A DNA stretch of 64,000 nucleotides from Planctomycetota bacterium (GTDB lineage: Bacteria; Planctomycetota; PLA2; JAEUHO01), in contig JBFWRP010000019.1 of the NCBI GenBank assembly GCA_050248855.1, positions 1 to 64,000 of the forward strand, written 5' to 3'. A program made the position numbers and the translations under genes. Of this stretch, positions 37,075 to 47,425 are shown one piece after another (the stretch's first letter is position 1; the number at the start of each line of letters is the position of its first letter). Below the pieces are notes generated by a model, which saw only the letters and a list, made by a program, of their open reading frames with translations, was not told the DNA's origin and did not search any database.

Positions 37075-38691
37075 TCAGCGCAGCGCGCAGCCCACCCCGC
37101 AGAGGTGCGCCCCGACAGGGCCGACCTCTTCCGCGTCCGCCGCCATCGTCGACTTCGAGAGCCCGACACCGAGGCGGCCGGCGCCCGGCAAGGCCGCGCG
37201 CAGCGTCAGGATGTCCTCGGGCAGGAAGGCGTACTCCGTCAGCGGATGGATCGAGATCCACGAGTTCATGATCGACCCGTCCGTGGTGCGGTAGGTGTGG
37301 CCCACGCCCAGGCTGTGGGCGATCTCGTGGGCCAGTGCGGCGGCCACGCTGCGGGCCAAGCCCCACGCGACGTAGGCGATGTCCTCGGCCCGCGAGTCGA
37401 TGGCGCGACCTTCGTACAGCAGGGCGTCCAGGCGCGTCAGGTCCGCGTCGGCCAGGGGCGTGACGATGCAGGCGCGCTGCTCGAGCTGGTACGTGCCGAG
37501 CACGTGCTCCACGACACGGTTCACGAACACGCCGAGCGGGCCGAGGGCGCCGCCCGGGCTGTTGTTCTCGTGGACGCGGTTGCCTTCGTCGTTCATCGCA
37601 ACGCCCAGCGTGCCCGTCTGGTCGATCGCACTGAGCGCCATGACGCTGTAGGCCGAGGCGTGACCACCCAGCCACCGTCCCGCCGCGGCGTACGTGTAGG
37701 TCTGCTCGGGCCGTTGGATCGGGAAGGAAATGGCGAGCCCGGTCGCGCCACTTTCGCCGCTCGCCTCGCGCAGGTAGTGGCGGTTCAAGCGCTCGAGCAC
37801 CGTGCGCCGCACGTAGAGGTCCGCCTTCTGGTCCACCGCGCGCCCCAGCGTGCCGTAGCTGTCGCGGCCGCGCAGCCCCAGCTCGGCGAGCGCGGCGTGC
37901 CAGTCGGATGCGAACGGGTGGACGCCCTCCTTGGGCTCGAAATCGACGTACCAGACGTCGGTCGTGCCGAAGCGTGCGATGTGTCCCGCGACCGGGTCCG
38001 GGCAAACGTGCAGGTCGAGCACGGCCGTCTGGCCCGTCGTCGTGTCCGTGGCGCGCAGGACATCCGTCGTGCCGCCGAGCGGGGACGGCCCCGGTACGTA
38101 GCGAGCGCGGCCATTCGCCTCGGGGACGAGGGTGCCCTCGGTCCCCGCGTGCGTGACGTCCCACGTGACCTCGCCGATCGCGCCCACGGCCTGTAGGCGC
38201 ACGAGCCGGCCGCTCCAGGCCTCTCCCAGCTCCAGGCCGGCGGTCGCGGTGATGGCGAACGCATCGACGGGGAGGACGAGCGAGCGATCGGCCTCCTCCG
38301 CACCGGACCGTGCGCGGACGACCACGGGGAAGGCGCCCGTCTCCTCGGGCAGCCCGATGACGCGGCCGTCGCTGGTCAGGGTGAGGCCCGCCGGCAGCCG
38401 GCCGAACAGGAGGTCGAAGGTGACCGCGCCCGAGCCCCCGCGCGTCTCGATGCGCGTCGCCGGGTAGGGGACGTCGCGTTGGGCGCCCGGCAGCTGGGAC
38501 GTCACGATCGTCAGCGCCTCTGCCGAGGCGCCGGCCTGCTGGCCGCCGCTGCCCAGATCGGTGGTGCCGGAGAGGAGGCCCTGGCCGCAGCCCGTCAGCA
38601 GGGCCAACCCAAGGCCCAGGACGGCACAGGCACAAGCCCGGACGAGCGCCCTGGGCCCCCGTCCGCCGGTCGTGTCGGAACGTTCGAACAT
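37075..38691 (-). CDS. Lipoprotein with putative Ig (He_PIG-like) domain and metzincin (matrixin-like) protease
   Basis: Lipobox LTGC; GRLPAGLTLTSDGRVIGLP; HEIAHSLGVGH plus Met-turn SIMN. Confidence 0.78.
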   Translation of the reverse strand: MFERSDTTGGRGPRALVRACACAVLGLGLALLTGCGQGLLSGTTDLGSGGQQAGASAEALTIVTSQLPGAQRDVPYPATRIETRGGSGAVTFDLLFGRLPAGLTLTSDGRVIGLPEETGAFPVVVRARSGAEEADRSLVLPVDAFAITATAGLELGEAWSGRLVRLQAVGAIGEVTWDVTHAGTEGTLVPEANGRARYVPGPSPLGGTTDVLRATDTTTGQTAVLDLHVCPDPVAGHIARFGTTDVWYVDFEPKEGVHPFASDWHAALAELGLRGRDSYGTLGRAVDQKADLYVRRTVLERLNRHYLREASGESGATGLAISFPIQRPEQTYTYAAAGRWLGGHASAYSVMALSAIDQTGTLGVAMNDEGNRVHENNSPGGALGPLGVFVNRVVEHVLGTYQLEQRACIVTPLADADLTRLDALLYEGRAIDSRAEDIAYVAWGLARSVAAALAHEIAHSLGVGHTYRTTDGSIMNSWISIHPLTEYAFLPEDILTLRAALPGAGRLGVGLSKSTMAADAEEVGPVGAHLCGVGCALR

Positions 38692-38935
38692 GGGGTGCGC
38701 CTCGCGGCACACCGCATCCCTTGCAGACGGGACCTGCCACCGTCCCGCCACCTCACGCGGCACCTATCGACAGCCTGCGGGAGCCCCCTGTAGCGCGGCC
38801 CTGCTGCGGAGCGGTCGTGGGCAGGGCGAGCCAGGAGCCCACCCCGGAATTCCGGGGCGGTGAAAGCCTTGAAAACAGGGCTCCCGAGACGTCGGCGTGC
38901 GCGGGGTGTCCTCGGACCGACCCTGGCCGAGGCGC

Positions 38936-40372
38936 CTACACCCGCAGCGACGCATCCTCGCCCAGGCGCTCCTGGTAGGGGGCCAGGGCCGGGTGGGCGT
39001 GGCCCACGAGGAAGAGGCGCGTCTGGCGGGAGGCGAGGCCCGTGTAGCGCTCGGGCGTCATGAGGTCGGCCCAGTCCAGGTCCAGCGCGCGGAAGGCGGC
39101 GTCGGCCTTGAGGCGGTCGAGCAGGTCGTTGGGGAGGCCGGAGAGGACTTGCTCCTTGGCGGCGAGGCTGTGCTGACGCACGCGCTCGTGCAGCGCCTGG
39201 CGATCGCCCCCGGCGCGCGTGGCACGCAACAAGATGTCCTCCGTGGCCATGAACGGGAGCTCGTTCACGAGCCGCATGCGCGCAACAGCCGTGTTCACGT
39301 GCAGGCCGCGCGCCACGTTGGTCACGAGGCGCAGGATGGCATCCACGCCGAGGAACGCCTCCGGCAGGAAGATGCGCCGGCCCGCGCTGTCGTCGAGCGT
39401 GCGCTCGAGCCACTGCGTGCCCGCCATCATGGCCGCTTCCGGTACGAGGGCGATGACGTGGCGCGCCAACGACGTGATGCGCTCCGTGCGCATCGGGTTC
39501 TGCTTGTAGGCCATGGCGCTGGAGCCGATCTGCTCCTTCTCGAACGGCTCGGCCAGCTCGCGCAGCCCCGAGAGCAGCCGCACGTCATGGGCAAAGCGCA
39601 TGGACGAGACGGCCACGCCGCCCAGCACGGCCACGATGTCGTAGTCCGAACGCCGCGGATAGGTCTGCCCCGTGACCGGGACCGGGGCGTCGAAGCCCAT
39701 CTTCTTGGCGACGCGCCGATCGAGCTCCTCGCACTTCTCGGCATCGCCGTCGAAGAGCCCCAGGAACGACGCCTGCGTCCCGGTCGTTCCCTTGCTACCG
39801 CGGAACGGGACGCGCTGCAGGGCCGCGCGCACCGCCTCGAGGTCCGCCAACAGGTCCTGCAGCCAGAGGCAGGCTCGCTTGCCCACCGTGGTCGGCTGGG
39901 CCGGCTGGAAGTGCGTGTAGGCGAGACAGGGGATGTCCGCGTTGGTTTCGGCGAAGTCCGCCAGCGCCGCACAGGCGTTGGCGAGGCTCGTCTCCACACG
40001 CCGCAGCGCCTCGCGCAGCACGATGGCGTCGGCGTTGTCCGTGACGAAGCAGCTGGTGGCGCCCATGTGCAAGATGCCGCGCGCCTCGGGCGCCGCGTCC
40101 CCGAACGCGTGCACGTGGGCCATCACGTCGTGGCGGAAGCGGGCTTCGTAGGTGGCCGCCTTGTCGAAGTCGATGTCGTCGCGCGCTGCCTGGAGGGCCT
40201 CGATCTGCTTTCGCGTGATGGGCAGCCCCAGCTCGTGCTCGGCCGACGCCAGCGCAATCCACAAGTCGCGCCAGATCTCGATGCGACGCCGTGCGCTGAA
40301 GAGCCTGCGCATCGGGGCGCCGGCATAGCGCGTGACCAGGGGGCTCTCGTAGTCGTCGTGACGGTCGGTCAA
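38936..40372 (-). CDS. purB: Adenylosuccinate lyase
   Basis: YESPLVTRYA, HDVMAHV, THFQPAQPTTVGKR, GSSAMAYKQNP. Confidence 0.96.
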   Translation of the reverse strand: MTDRHDDYESPLVTRYAGAPMRRLFSARRRIEIWRDLWIALASAEHELGLPITRKQIEALQAARDDIDFDKAATYEARFRHDVMAHVHAFGDAAPEARGILHMGATSCFVTDNADAIVLREALRRVETSLANACAALADFAETNADIPCLAYTHFQPAQPTTVGKRACLWLQDLLADLEAVRAALQRVPFRGSKGTTGTQASFLGLFDGDAEKCEELDRRVAKKMGFDAPVPVTGQTYPRRSDYDIVAVLGGVAVSSMRFAHDVRLLSGLRELAEPFEKEQIGSSAMAYKQNPMRTERITSLARHVIALVPEAAMMAGTQWLERTLDDSAGRRIFLPEAFLGVDAILRLVTNVARGLHVNTAVARMRLVNELPFMATEDILLRATRAGGDRQALHERVRQHSLAAKEQVLSGLPNDLLDRLKADAAFRALDLDWADLMTPERYTGLASRQTRLFLVGHAHPALAPYQERLGEDASLRV

Positions 40373-40914
40373 GGGGTCCTCGGGGGCAGCAGCACGAGAT
40401 CGCCCGACCCGTTCGGGTCGTGGGCCACGTGCCAGCGGTCGGGAGACGGAGCCGGGAACGCGGGATCGCTCAGGCGCTCGTCCACGTACTGGGCGAAGTA
40501 GTAGAACGCGCGCTGGATCGTGCCCTTCACGTAGCGCGTGCCGGGGTTGAGCCCCGCCAGGTCGGAGCGCACCTGCAGGACTTCCAGCCGACCGCCGACG
40601 TCGGCCTTGGCTCGCGCGGCCGACGTGGTGGCCGCACGGTCCGGGAACGTGCGGAGCTCCATGCGCAGGTCCCCGAGCACGTGGTTGACCAGCTCGAGAT
40701 CGGGCATCTCCCCGGCCTCCAGGCGCTCGTAGGCTTCGCGCAGCAGCTCGAGGTTGTTCAGCAAGTACGCCTGGGCTTTCGCACGAGGCCAGTCCGGGCC
40801 GTTCTCGAAGTCGCGGTGGCGCGGCGGGATGAACGCCAGCGCCTGTTGGTCACTGGACCAGGTGCGCTGCAGGTTGAGGAGCGCGATCCAGTAGCGTTGC
40901 TGCTCGGGGATCAC
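40369..40914 (-). CDS. Hypothetical protein
   Basis: Overlaps neighbours at both ends (GTGA/TGA coupling); host-like codon usage. Confidence 0.65.
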   Translation of the reverse strand: MIPEQQRYWIALLNLQRTWSSDQQALAFIPPRHRDFENGPDWPRAKAQAYLLNNLELLREAYERLEAGEMPDLELVNHVLGDLRMELRTFPDRAATTSAARAKADVGGRLEVLQVRSDLAGLNPGTRYVKGTIQRAFYYFAQYVDERLSDPAFPAPSPDRWHVAHDPNGSGDLVLLPPRTP

Positions 40915-41810
40915 GGCAGCGGCTCCGGCGGCGGGAGGAGCTCGTCGTCGCGGAGCAGCTGCTCGAGCTGGGCCCGTGTCTCGCCGTCGAGGTGGCCCTT
41001 GGCGATGGCCACCTGCAACGTGCGCCGCGCCAGGGTCCGGTACAGCGTGCCCAGCGGCGGCGGCAGGTCGGCCAGGGCCCGCAGATGCCGCCGGATGGTG
41101 CCGACATCGCCCCGCGCGATCGGCCCGGTGAGGGCGTCCGGGATACCCACCGTGTCGAGGTTGGCGAGCGTGCCCCGCACGAGCGGCAGCAGGGCGGGCA
41201 GGGCGAGGTCCGGCTCGATCCCTGCGCGCGTCATCAGCTCCACGGCGTAGTCCATGAGGCCCACGACGAAGTTGGACGCCGCCGAGGCCGCAGCGTGATA
41301 CAGCGCCTTGCTGCCCGAGCCCATGCGCAGGGGTCGTCCGCCGAGCGTGACGACAACGGACTGGAGCACCTCCACCGCTTCCGCGTCGCCCTCGATGGCG
41401 AAGAACGTGTCCGGCAGCATCGCGAGCGCCGTCTCGACGTCCGCGAAGCTCTGGAGCGGATGCATCGCACCGCGCAAGCCCCCCGCGGCCACGACGCCCG
41501 ACAGGATTCCGGCCGGCAGGCCGCCCGCGAAGTGGGCCACGACGGCGCCCTTGCGCAGCGCCCCGCCAGCCGCCACTTGGATGGCCACGCCGGCGATCGC
41601 CCGATCGGGCACGGCCAGCATCACCAAGTCGGCTCCGAGCGCGGCCATCGCCGGGTCGCCCACCACTTCGCCCATGCCGATCGAGCTGGCCGCGGCCTGC
41701 GCGCTACGCCGGTTGCGGCTGCAGATCGCCACGACCGAGTACCCCGCGCGCTTGAGCAGGATGCCCAGGGACGTCCCGAGCACGCCTGCCCCGATGATGG
41801 CGACCTTCAT
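40911..41810 (-). CDS. Rossmann-like + DUF2520 oxidoreductase (PanG-like)
   Basis: IIGAGVLG, LAVPDRAI, MHPLQSF, YHAAASAASNF, ALTGPIARGD. Confidence 0.88.
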   Translation of the reverse strand: MKVAIIGAGVLGTSLGILLKRAGYSVVAICSRNRRSAQAAASSIGMGEVVGDPAMAALGADLVMLAVPDRAIAGVAIQVAAGGALRKGAVVAHFAGGLPAGILSGVVAAGGLRGAMHPLQSFADVETALAMLPDTFFAIEGDAEAVEVLQSVVVTLGGRPLRMGSGSKALYHAAASAASNFVVGLMDYAVELMTRAGIEPDLALPALLPLVRGTLANLDTVGIPDALTGPIARGDVGTIRRHLRALADLPPPLGTLYRTLARRTLQVAIAKGHLDGETRAQLEQLLRDDELLPPPEPLP

Positions 41811-42652
41811 GCCGGCTCCTCGATGGCCGTGGCGCCCACCGTACCGGCGGACGCGTCCACGTTCTCCCCTCCGGCACGGAGCAGGGCGAAGGGCAGGCGC
41901 CAAGCGCCGCGCGCGGCCGCCAGCCGCAGCAGGCCGCGCACGTACTCCCGTGCCCCCGCGGTGGCGCCGAGGAGCGTGTCCCCGCGGGCCAACCGTGCAG
42001 CCAGCGAAGAGGCGAACGCGCAGCCCGTCCCGTGGAAGGGCCCGCCCTCGACGCGCGGTGCCGAGAAGCGCGCGATCTCTTCCCCGCCCACGAAGACGAC
42101 GTCGCAGACCTCGCGACCCGGCGCGTGGCCTCCCGTCACCACGACGCCGCGCGCCGCTCGCGAGAGCAGGCGCCCGGCCCCGTGATCGTCGTTGGTGACT
42201 CCCACCACGAGCGCGCGCGCCTCGGGGCCGTTGGGCGTGATCACGGCGACGCGGGGGACGAGCAGGGTCCTCAGGGCCTCGAGGCCGCTTGCGTCCAGGT
42301 GCCAGCCGCCCGCCGACACGCCGAGCACGGGATCCAGCACGATTGGCACGTCGACATCGCGAAGTGCGTCGTGGACGGCCTCGATCGTCGGGGCATCGGG
42401 CAGGAGCCCGATCTTGACCACGTGCGGCGGAGCGACGTCCAGCGCGTCGCCGATCTGGGCGCGCACGAGGGCGGCGTCGACGGGGCGGAGGTCCCCGAGG
42501 CCGCGGGGGCCCTGGCTGGTGACCGCACTCACGGCGCCGCTGCCGGTGACGCCGTGCCCAGTCAGCACGGCCAGGTCGGCCGCGATCCCGGCACCGCCGG
42601 TGGGGTCCCACCCGGCGATCACCAGGGCACGGGGGGGTGAGGCTAGGCGCAC
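41807..42652 (-). CDS. thiD: Hydroxymethylpyrimidine/phosphomethylpyrimidine kinase
   Basis: IAGWDPTGGAGIAADL, VKIGLL, VLDPVL, VITPN, HGTGCAFAS. Confidence 0.9.
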   Translation of the reverse strand: MRLASPPRALVIAGWDPTGGAGIAADLAVLTGHGVTGSGAVSAVTSQGPRGLGDLRPVDAALVRAQIGDALDVAPPHVVKIGLLPDAPTIEAVHDALRDVDVPIVLDPVLGVSAGGWHLDASGLEALRTLLVPRVAVITPNGPEARALVVGVTNDDHGAGRLLSRAARGVVVTGGHAPGREVCDVVFVGGEEIARFSAPRVEGGPFHGTGCAFASSLAARLARGDTLLGATAGAREYVRGLLRLAAARGAWRLPFALLRAGGENVDASAGTVGATAIEEPA

Positions 42653-42766
42653 AGGCGGGCATGGTGCCTGCGCGGAGGGCACGCGTCCACCCCGCCGGGC
42701 CGCCCGCCGCATGGGGATAGACTCCGCCCCGCCCCCCTGGGGAGGGGGGCGCCGGAGGAGACGCCC

Positions 42767-44836
42767 ATGCGCCACCACCTCGCTCGCCGGGCTGGCCCGG
42801 TCCTGCTCGCCGGGCTGATCGCGGTCGGCGCGGTCGCGTCCACGGCCCGTCCCGCGGCCGCCGACCTGGGCAACGAGGAGCTGCGCGCCGCCGTCGCGGC
42901 GGCTCGCGATCGCGTCTACCCCGCGCTGGTCAACATCCTCGTGGTCGATCGAGTGTTCAGCCAGGGTCGCGAGCGTCGCACGCTCTCGGCCGGCAGCGGC
43001 GTCATCGTGAGCCCCGCCGGACACGTCATCACGAACTACCACGTCGCCGGCACCGCCCAGCGCATCACCTGCAAGCTGCCTACCGGCGAGCTCGTGGATG
43101 CCGACATCGTCTGCAAGGACCCGCAGACCGACCTCTGCATCCTCGCGCTGCGCATGGGCACGCGGGAAGACCCGAGCCTGCCGTTGCCCTTCGCCAGCAT
43201 CGGCGACAGCGACCAGCTGGAAGTGGGGGACCACGTCCTCGCGCTCGGCAATCCCCAGAGCCTCTCGAGCTCGATCACGCTCGGCATCGTCAGCAACACC
43301 GAGCGCGTGTTCACCAGCTTCACGGGCGACCGCATCGAGGGCTTCCGCCTCGACGGCGAAGCCACGGGCATCTTCAACCGGTGGATCCAGCACGACGCAC
43401 TGATCCTGCCCGGCAACAGCGGCGGCCCGCTGGCCAACATGAACGGCCAGGTGGTGGGCATCAACACGCGCGGCGGCGGGGGCGTGGGCTTCGCGATCCC
43501 CGCGTCGACGTGCCGCAAGGTGCTCAACCACGCGCTCACGTTCGGCGAGGTTCGCCGGGGCTGGTTCGCGGTGTCCATGCTGCCGGTCACGGGCCTCGGC
43601 CGCCGCACGGGGGCCCTCGTGTCCAACGTCCTGGCCGATGGCCCGGCCGCCAAGGCCGGCATCCAAGCCGGCGACGTGATCACGTCGATCGCCGGCGAGG
43701 CCGTTGCGGTGGAGGGCTTGGAGGACGTGCCGGTGATCCTCGCCCGCATCGCCGACCTCAAGCCCGGCACGCGCGTTCCCGTGACCTTGGAGCGCAACGG
43801 AACCTGCATGACGCTGCAGGTGGACGTGGCTCGCATGCCGCCCTTCCAGGGGGAGGAGCGCGTCTTCCGCACGTGGGGCGTCAGCGCCATGGAGATCACG
43901 GGTCTCATGGCCCAGGCCCGCGGCTGGCCCGACACCCAGGGCGTGCTCCTGCGCACGCTACGCCCCGGCAACGCGCCGGACTCCGCCAAGCCGCCGCTGC
44001 AGTCGGGCGACGTCATCCTCGAGATCGACGGGAAGCCCGTGAACGGCCTGGAAAGCTTCGACGAGCTGCAGAAGGCCAACGCCAAGAGCAAGGCGCTCGC
44101 CGTGCGCTTCCGTCGCGACCACGAGGACATGGTCACGGTGCTCGACATGAGCGAGCGTCCGCGCCGTCGCGGCAGCGCGGAGCTGTCCAAGGCGTGGCTG
44201 GGTGTGCGCACGCAGGTGCTCACCTCGAAGGTGGCCACGGCCTTCGGCCTCGAGGGGCGCAAGGGCTTCCGCATCACGCGCGTCCTGCCCGCGACGGAAG
44301 CCGAGAAGGCGGGCCTCGAGCCCGGCGACATCCTGCTCGCGCTCGACGGTCGCGACCTGGAGGCCAGCGAGCTGCAGGACGCCCAGATCCTGCAGCGGCG
44401 CATCGAGGACATGGACATCGGCGCCAAGGCCACGTTCAAGCTGCTGCGCGACGGCAAGGAGATCGAGCTCGAGGTCGTGCTGGAGGAGACGCCCGGTACG
44501 GTGGCCGACGCCCGCTCTGCCGAGGACGAGGTGCTCGAGTACAAGGTCCGCGAGCTCACGTACCTCGACCGGGTGGACAAGGAGCTGCCCATGGACCTCG
44601 AGGCCCTCATCGTGGCCGACGTCGAGGACGGTAGCTGGGCTGCCGTGGCCGGCTTGGAGGTGGGCGATGTCCTCCTCCAGCTGCAGGGTGAGGCGGTCCC
44701 GACCATCGCGACGTTCAAGGAGGCGGTGAAGCGCCTTCATGAGACCCGCCCCGAACGCGTGACGTTCTTCGTGCGGCGCGGCCGTGACACCACCTTCGTC
44801 TTCGCCCGGCCGGACTGGCCGGACGCGGGCGAGTGA
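42767..44836 (+). CDS. HtrA-like serine protease with four PDZ domains
   Basis: TNYHV, TDLCIL, PGNSGGPL; four GD(V/I)(I/L) PDZ-like repeats; signal peptide. Confidence 0.88.
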   Translation: MRHHLARRAGPVLLAGLIAVGAVASTARPAAADLGNEELRAAVAAARDRVYPALVNILVVDRVFSQGRERRTLSAGSGVIVSPAGHVITNYHVAGTAQRITCKLPTGELVDADIVCKDPQTDLCILALRMGTREDPSLPLPFASIGDSDQLEVGDHVLALGNPQSLSSSITLGIVSNTERVFTSFTGDRIEGFRLDGEATGIFNRWIQHDALILPGNSGGPLANMNGQVVGINTRGGGGVGFAIPASTCRKVLNHALTFGEVRRGWFAVSMLPVTGLGRRTGALVSNVLADGPAAKAGIQAGDVITSIAGEAVAVEGLEDVPVILARIADLKPGTRVPVTLERNGTCMTLQVDVARMPPFQGEERVFRTWGVSAMEITGLMAQARGWPDTQGVLLRTLRPGNAPDSAKPPLQSGDVILEIDGKPVNGLESFDELQKANAKSKALAVRFRRDHEDMVTVLDMSERPRRRGSAELSKAWLGVRTQVLTSKVATAFGLEGRKGFRITRVLPATEAEKAGLEPGDILLALDGRDLEASELQDAQILQRRIEDMDIGAKATFKLLRDGKEIELEVVLEETPGTVADARSAEDEVLEYKVRELTYLDRVDKELPMDLEALIVADVEDGSWAAVAGLEVGDVLLQLQGEAVPTIATFKEAVKRLHETRPERVTFFVRRGRDTTFVFARPDWPDAGE

Positions 44837-44850
44837 AGGAGACTGGAACC

Positions 44851-45747
44851 ATGAGAGCTTCCCTGGCTTGCTTGCTCGCCCTCGTGGCGTGCTTCGCGGG
44901 TGCGCCCGTCGCTCGGGCCGAAGACCCGGCCCCCACGCAGCAACAGACCCTGATCGCATCCCGCGTGGACAGCGTGGTCTCCGTCAAGATGACGTTGCAG
45001 GTCTCGTTCACCATGGGCGGGGCGCTGCGGGAGAACGAGTCCAACCAGACGACCACCGGCATCGTCGTGGACAGCCGCGGCCTGATCATGCTGCCCGCCG
45101 AGCTGTTCTCGCCCAACCTCGACGCGCGCTTCCGTTCGATGCTGTCCGACTTGAAGATCACGCCGTCGAGCATTCGCGTGGTCTTCCCGGGCGACCCCAA
45201 GGAGTACCCGGCGATCCTCGGCGCCAAGGACAGCAAGCTGGGCCTGGCGTTCGTCCTGATTCGCGACCTCGAGGGGCGCGCGGCCAAACCGCTCGACCTG
45301 TCCAGGCGCGCCACGCCGCGCGTGGGCGACACGATCTACGGCGTGACGCGACTGGGTCAGGACTTCGACCACGCCCCGCTCTGCAGCGCGGCGACGGTGG
45401 TCTCCGAGATCACGCGCCCGCGGGCCTGTTGGGCGCTGGATGACGCGGGTCGCTACATCGCCGAGCCGATGTACACGCTGGATGGAGCGGTCACGGGCGT
45501 GGTCGTACGCCAAGAGGGCGTCGGCGAGGACGCGGACACGCAGAACTGCCTGCTGCCCCTGGACATCGTGGAGAGCACGATCGGCCGGTCGATGAAAGCC
45601 GCCGAGCGCGCGCTGGAGGACGTCTTGGCCGCGGAGGCCGAAGCCGCCGCGGCGGGCGAGACGCCCGGGGAGCCGAAGGAGCCCGCGACGCCGGAGCAGC
45701 CGGAGCAGCCGGAGGAGCCGGAGGGCGAGGGCGACGAGATCAAGTGA
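44851..45747 (+). CDS. Secreted trypsin-fold-like protein lacking catalytic residues
   Basis: TTGIVVDSRGLIM, KDSKLGLAFV, RVGDTIY, PMYTLDGAVTGV resemble the HtrA scaffold, but NxHV and GNSGG are absent; acidic tail. Confidence 0.55.
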   Translation: MRASLACLLALVACFAGAPVARAEDPAPTQQQTLIASRVDSVVSVKMTLQVSFTMGGALRENESNQTTTGIVVDSRGLIMLPAELFSPNLDARFRSMLSDLKITPSSIRVVFPGDPKEYPAILGAKDSKLGLAFVLIRDLEGRAAKPLDLSRRATPRVGDTIYGVTRLGQDFDHAPLCSAATVVSEITRPRACWALDDAGRYIAEPMYTLDGAVTGVVVRQEGVGEDADTQNCLLPLDIVESTIGRSMKAAERALEDVLAAEAEAAAAGETPGEPKEPATPEQPEQPEEPEGEGDEIK

Positions 45748-46508
45748 GGTCGCTGCGCGGCTTGCGACGGGCGCTCGTGCTGGGCCTGCTGCTGGCAGGC
45801 GTGGGTGCCGCGTGGGCCGAGGACGCTCCCGAGGTCCTGCCGGCCCCGCAGCTGCTCGAGCGGCTGCAGGAGGCGCGTCGCGCCGGCGACATCCGCGCGA
45901 TCGAAGCCTTGGTCCGGGCCTCGTCCGAGGCCCACAACCGCTGCCGCAGCGCCAGCACGCGCGTGCGCCTGCGGGGCGCCCTCGGCGAGCTGGCCCGCGA
46001 CGAGTCTGCCGGGGGCAACCGCCTGTACGCCATCGACGCCCTGGGCCGCTTGGACGACTCGCAGGGGGCCTGGCGCGAGCTTCGGCGCAGCGTGCCCGAT
46101 CCCGCGGCCGCGACCGTCGATCCTGCCGGTCGTCGCGTGCTCCGCGCCCTCGGTCTGCTGACCTACGACCCCAGCCTGGCGGACCTCGAGCGCATGGCCC
46201 GCGAGGGCCGTGACCCGGAGGCCGTGTCGTTGGCCGTGGAAGCCCTCGGTCGGTTCCGCTTCAGCCGCAACCGCGCGCACGTGCTCGAGACGCTCTACGT
46301 CGTCGGGCGCGATTCCGAGACGTCGCCGAGCCGCGGCACGGCGCGTGAGGACGAGGCGCGACAGCAGTGGCGACGCGTCGTGGGCGACATCGTTCGCGCG
46401 ATGGACGCCCTCACGGGCCGCGGCATCGGAAGCCTCGATCGCTACGAAGCGCTGCTGCGTGAGAACGACGGACGCTGGGAGCGGCTCTTCGCCGAGGACG
46501 ACCGCTGA
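45744..46508 (+). CDS. Secreted HEAT-like helical repeat protein
   Basis: Signal peptide; repeated AIDALG / LRALG / AVEALG; translational coupling. Confidence 0.6.
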   Translation: MRSLRGLRRALVLGLLLAGVGAAWAEDAPEVLPAPQLLERLQEARRAGDIRAIEALVRASSEAHNRCRSASTRVRLRGALGELARDESAGGNRLYAIDALGRLDDSQGAWRELRRSVPDPAAATVDPAGRRVLRALGLLTYDPSLADLERMAREGRDPEAVSLAVEALGRFRFSRNRAHVLETLYVVGRDSETSPSRGTAREDEARQQWRRVVGDIVRAMDALTGRGIGSLDRYEALLRENDGRWERLFAEDDR

Positions 46509-47425
46509 TGCGGGGCGGGCACACGCACACCGTCGGCCGTGGTCGTCTCGACCCGGTCCGGGACGCAGCCGTGCGGCGTGTGCTGCTCGCCGAGGGGGCG
46601 ATGAACCTCCTCGTGCTGCTGGCCAAGCTCTTCGCGGGCTTCCTCACGGGCTCCTTGGCGCTCTTCTCCGATGCGCTGCACAGCCTCACGGACCTGGGCA
46701 ACAACGTCATCGCCTTCCTCGTGATGCGTCACGCGGGCAGGCCGCCCGACCACAACCATCCGTACGGCCACCGCAAGTTCGAGACGCTGGCGGTGTTCAC
46801 CCTGGCCATGCTGCTGGTGGTGCTGGCCGTCGAGCTCATCCTGCGGGCGCTGGTAGGGGAGCGGACCCCGTCCGTCTCGAGCGCCTTGGCGCTGGGGGTC
46901 GTCGCGGGCGGCGTGTTGGTCAACCTGCTGGTGAGCCTCTGGGAGCGCCGCAAGGCGCGCCAGCTGCGCAGCGACATCCTGCATGCCGACGCGGCGCACA
47001 CGCTGGCGGACGTTGTCACGACCGTCGTGGTCGTCGTGGGGTGGCAGCTGGGCGCCGCCGGCCACGCCTGGGCCGAGACGATCGCCACCCTGGGCGTGGC
47101 CGCGTTCGTCCTGCTGCTCTCGTTCGGGCTCTTCCGGCGCGCCGTCCCCATCCTGGTGGACGAGGGGGCCGTCGACCCGGAGGAGCTGCGGGCGACGTTG
47201 GGGGAGGTCGCGGGCGTCCGGGAGGTCCGTCGCGTCCGCTCCCGCCGGCTGGGCGACCGGGCCTTCGCCGACGTGGTCGTGGCCGTGGACGACCACCTGT
47301 CCACGGAGGACGGCCACGACATCGCCGACCGCGTGGAAGCCGTGCTGGCGGAGGTGTTCCACATCCGCGACGTCACGGTTCACCTGGAGCCGGTAGGATC
47401 GACGGCATCCGGCGGAGGTTCCCCC
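46508..47425 (+). CDS. Cation diffusion facilitator (FieF-like); no in-frame stop, reads into the downstream lipoprotein
   Basis: SLALFSDALHSLTD, PPDHNHPYGHRKFE, ADAAHTLAD, GHDIAD, DVTVHLEP. Confidence 0.88.
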
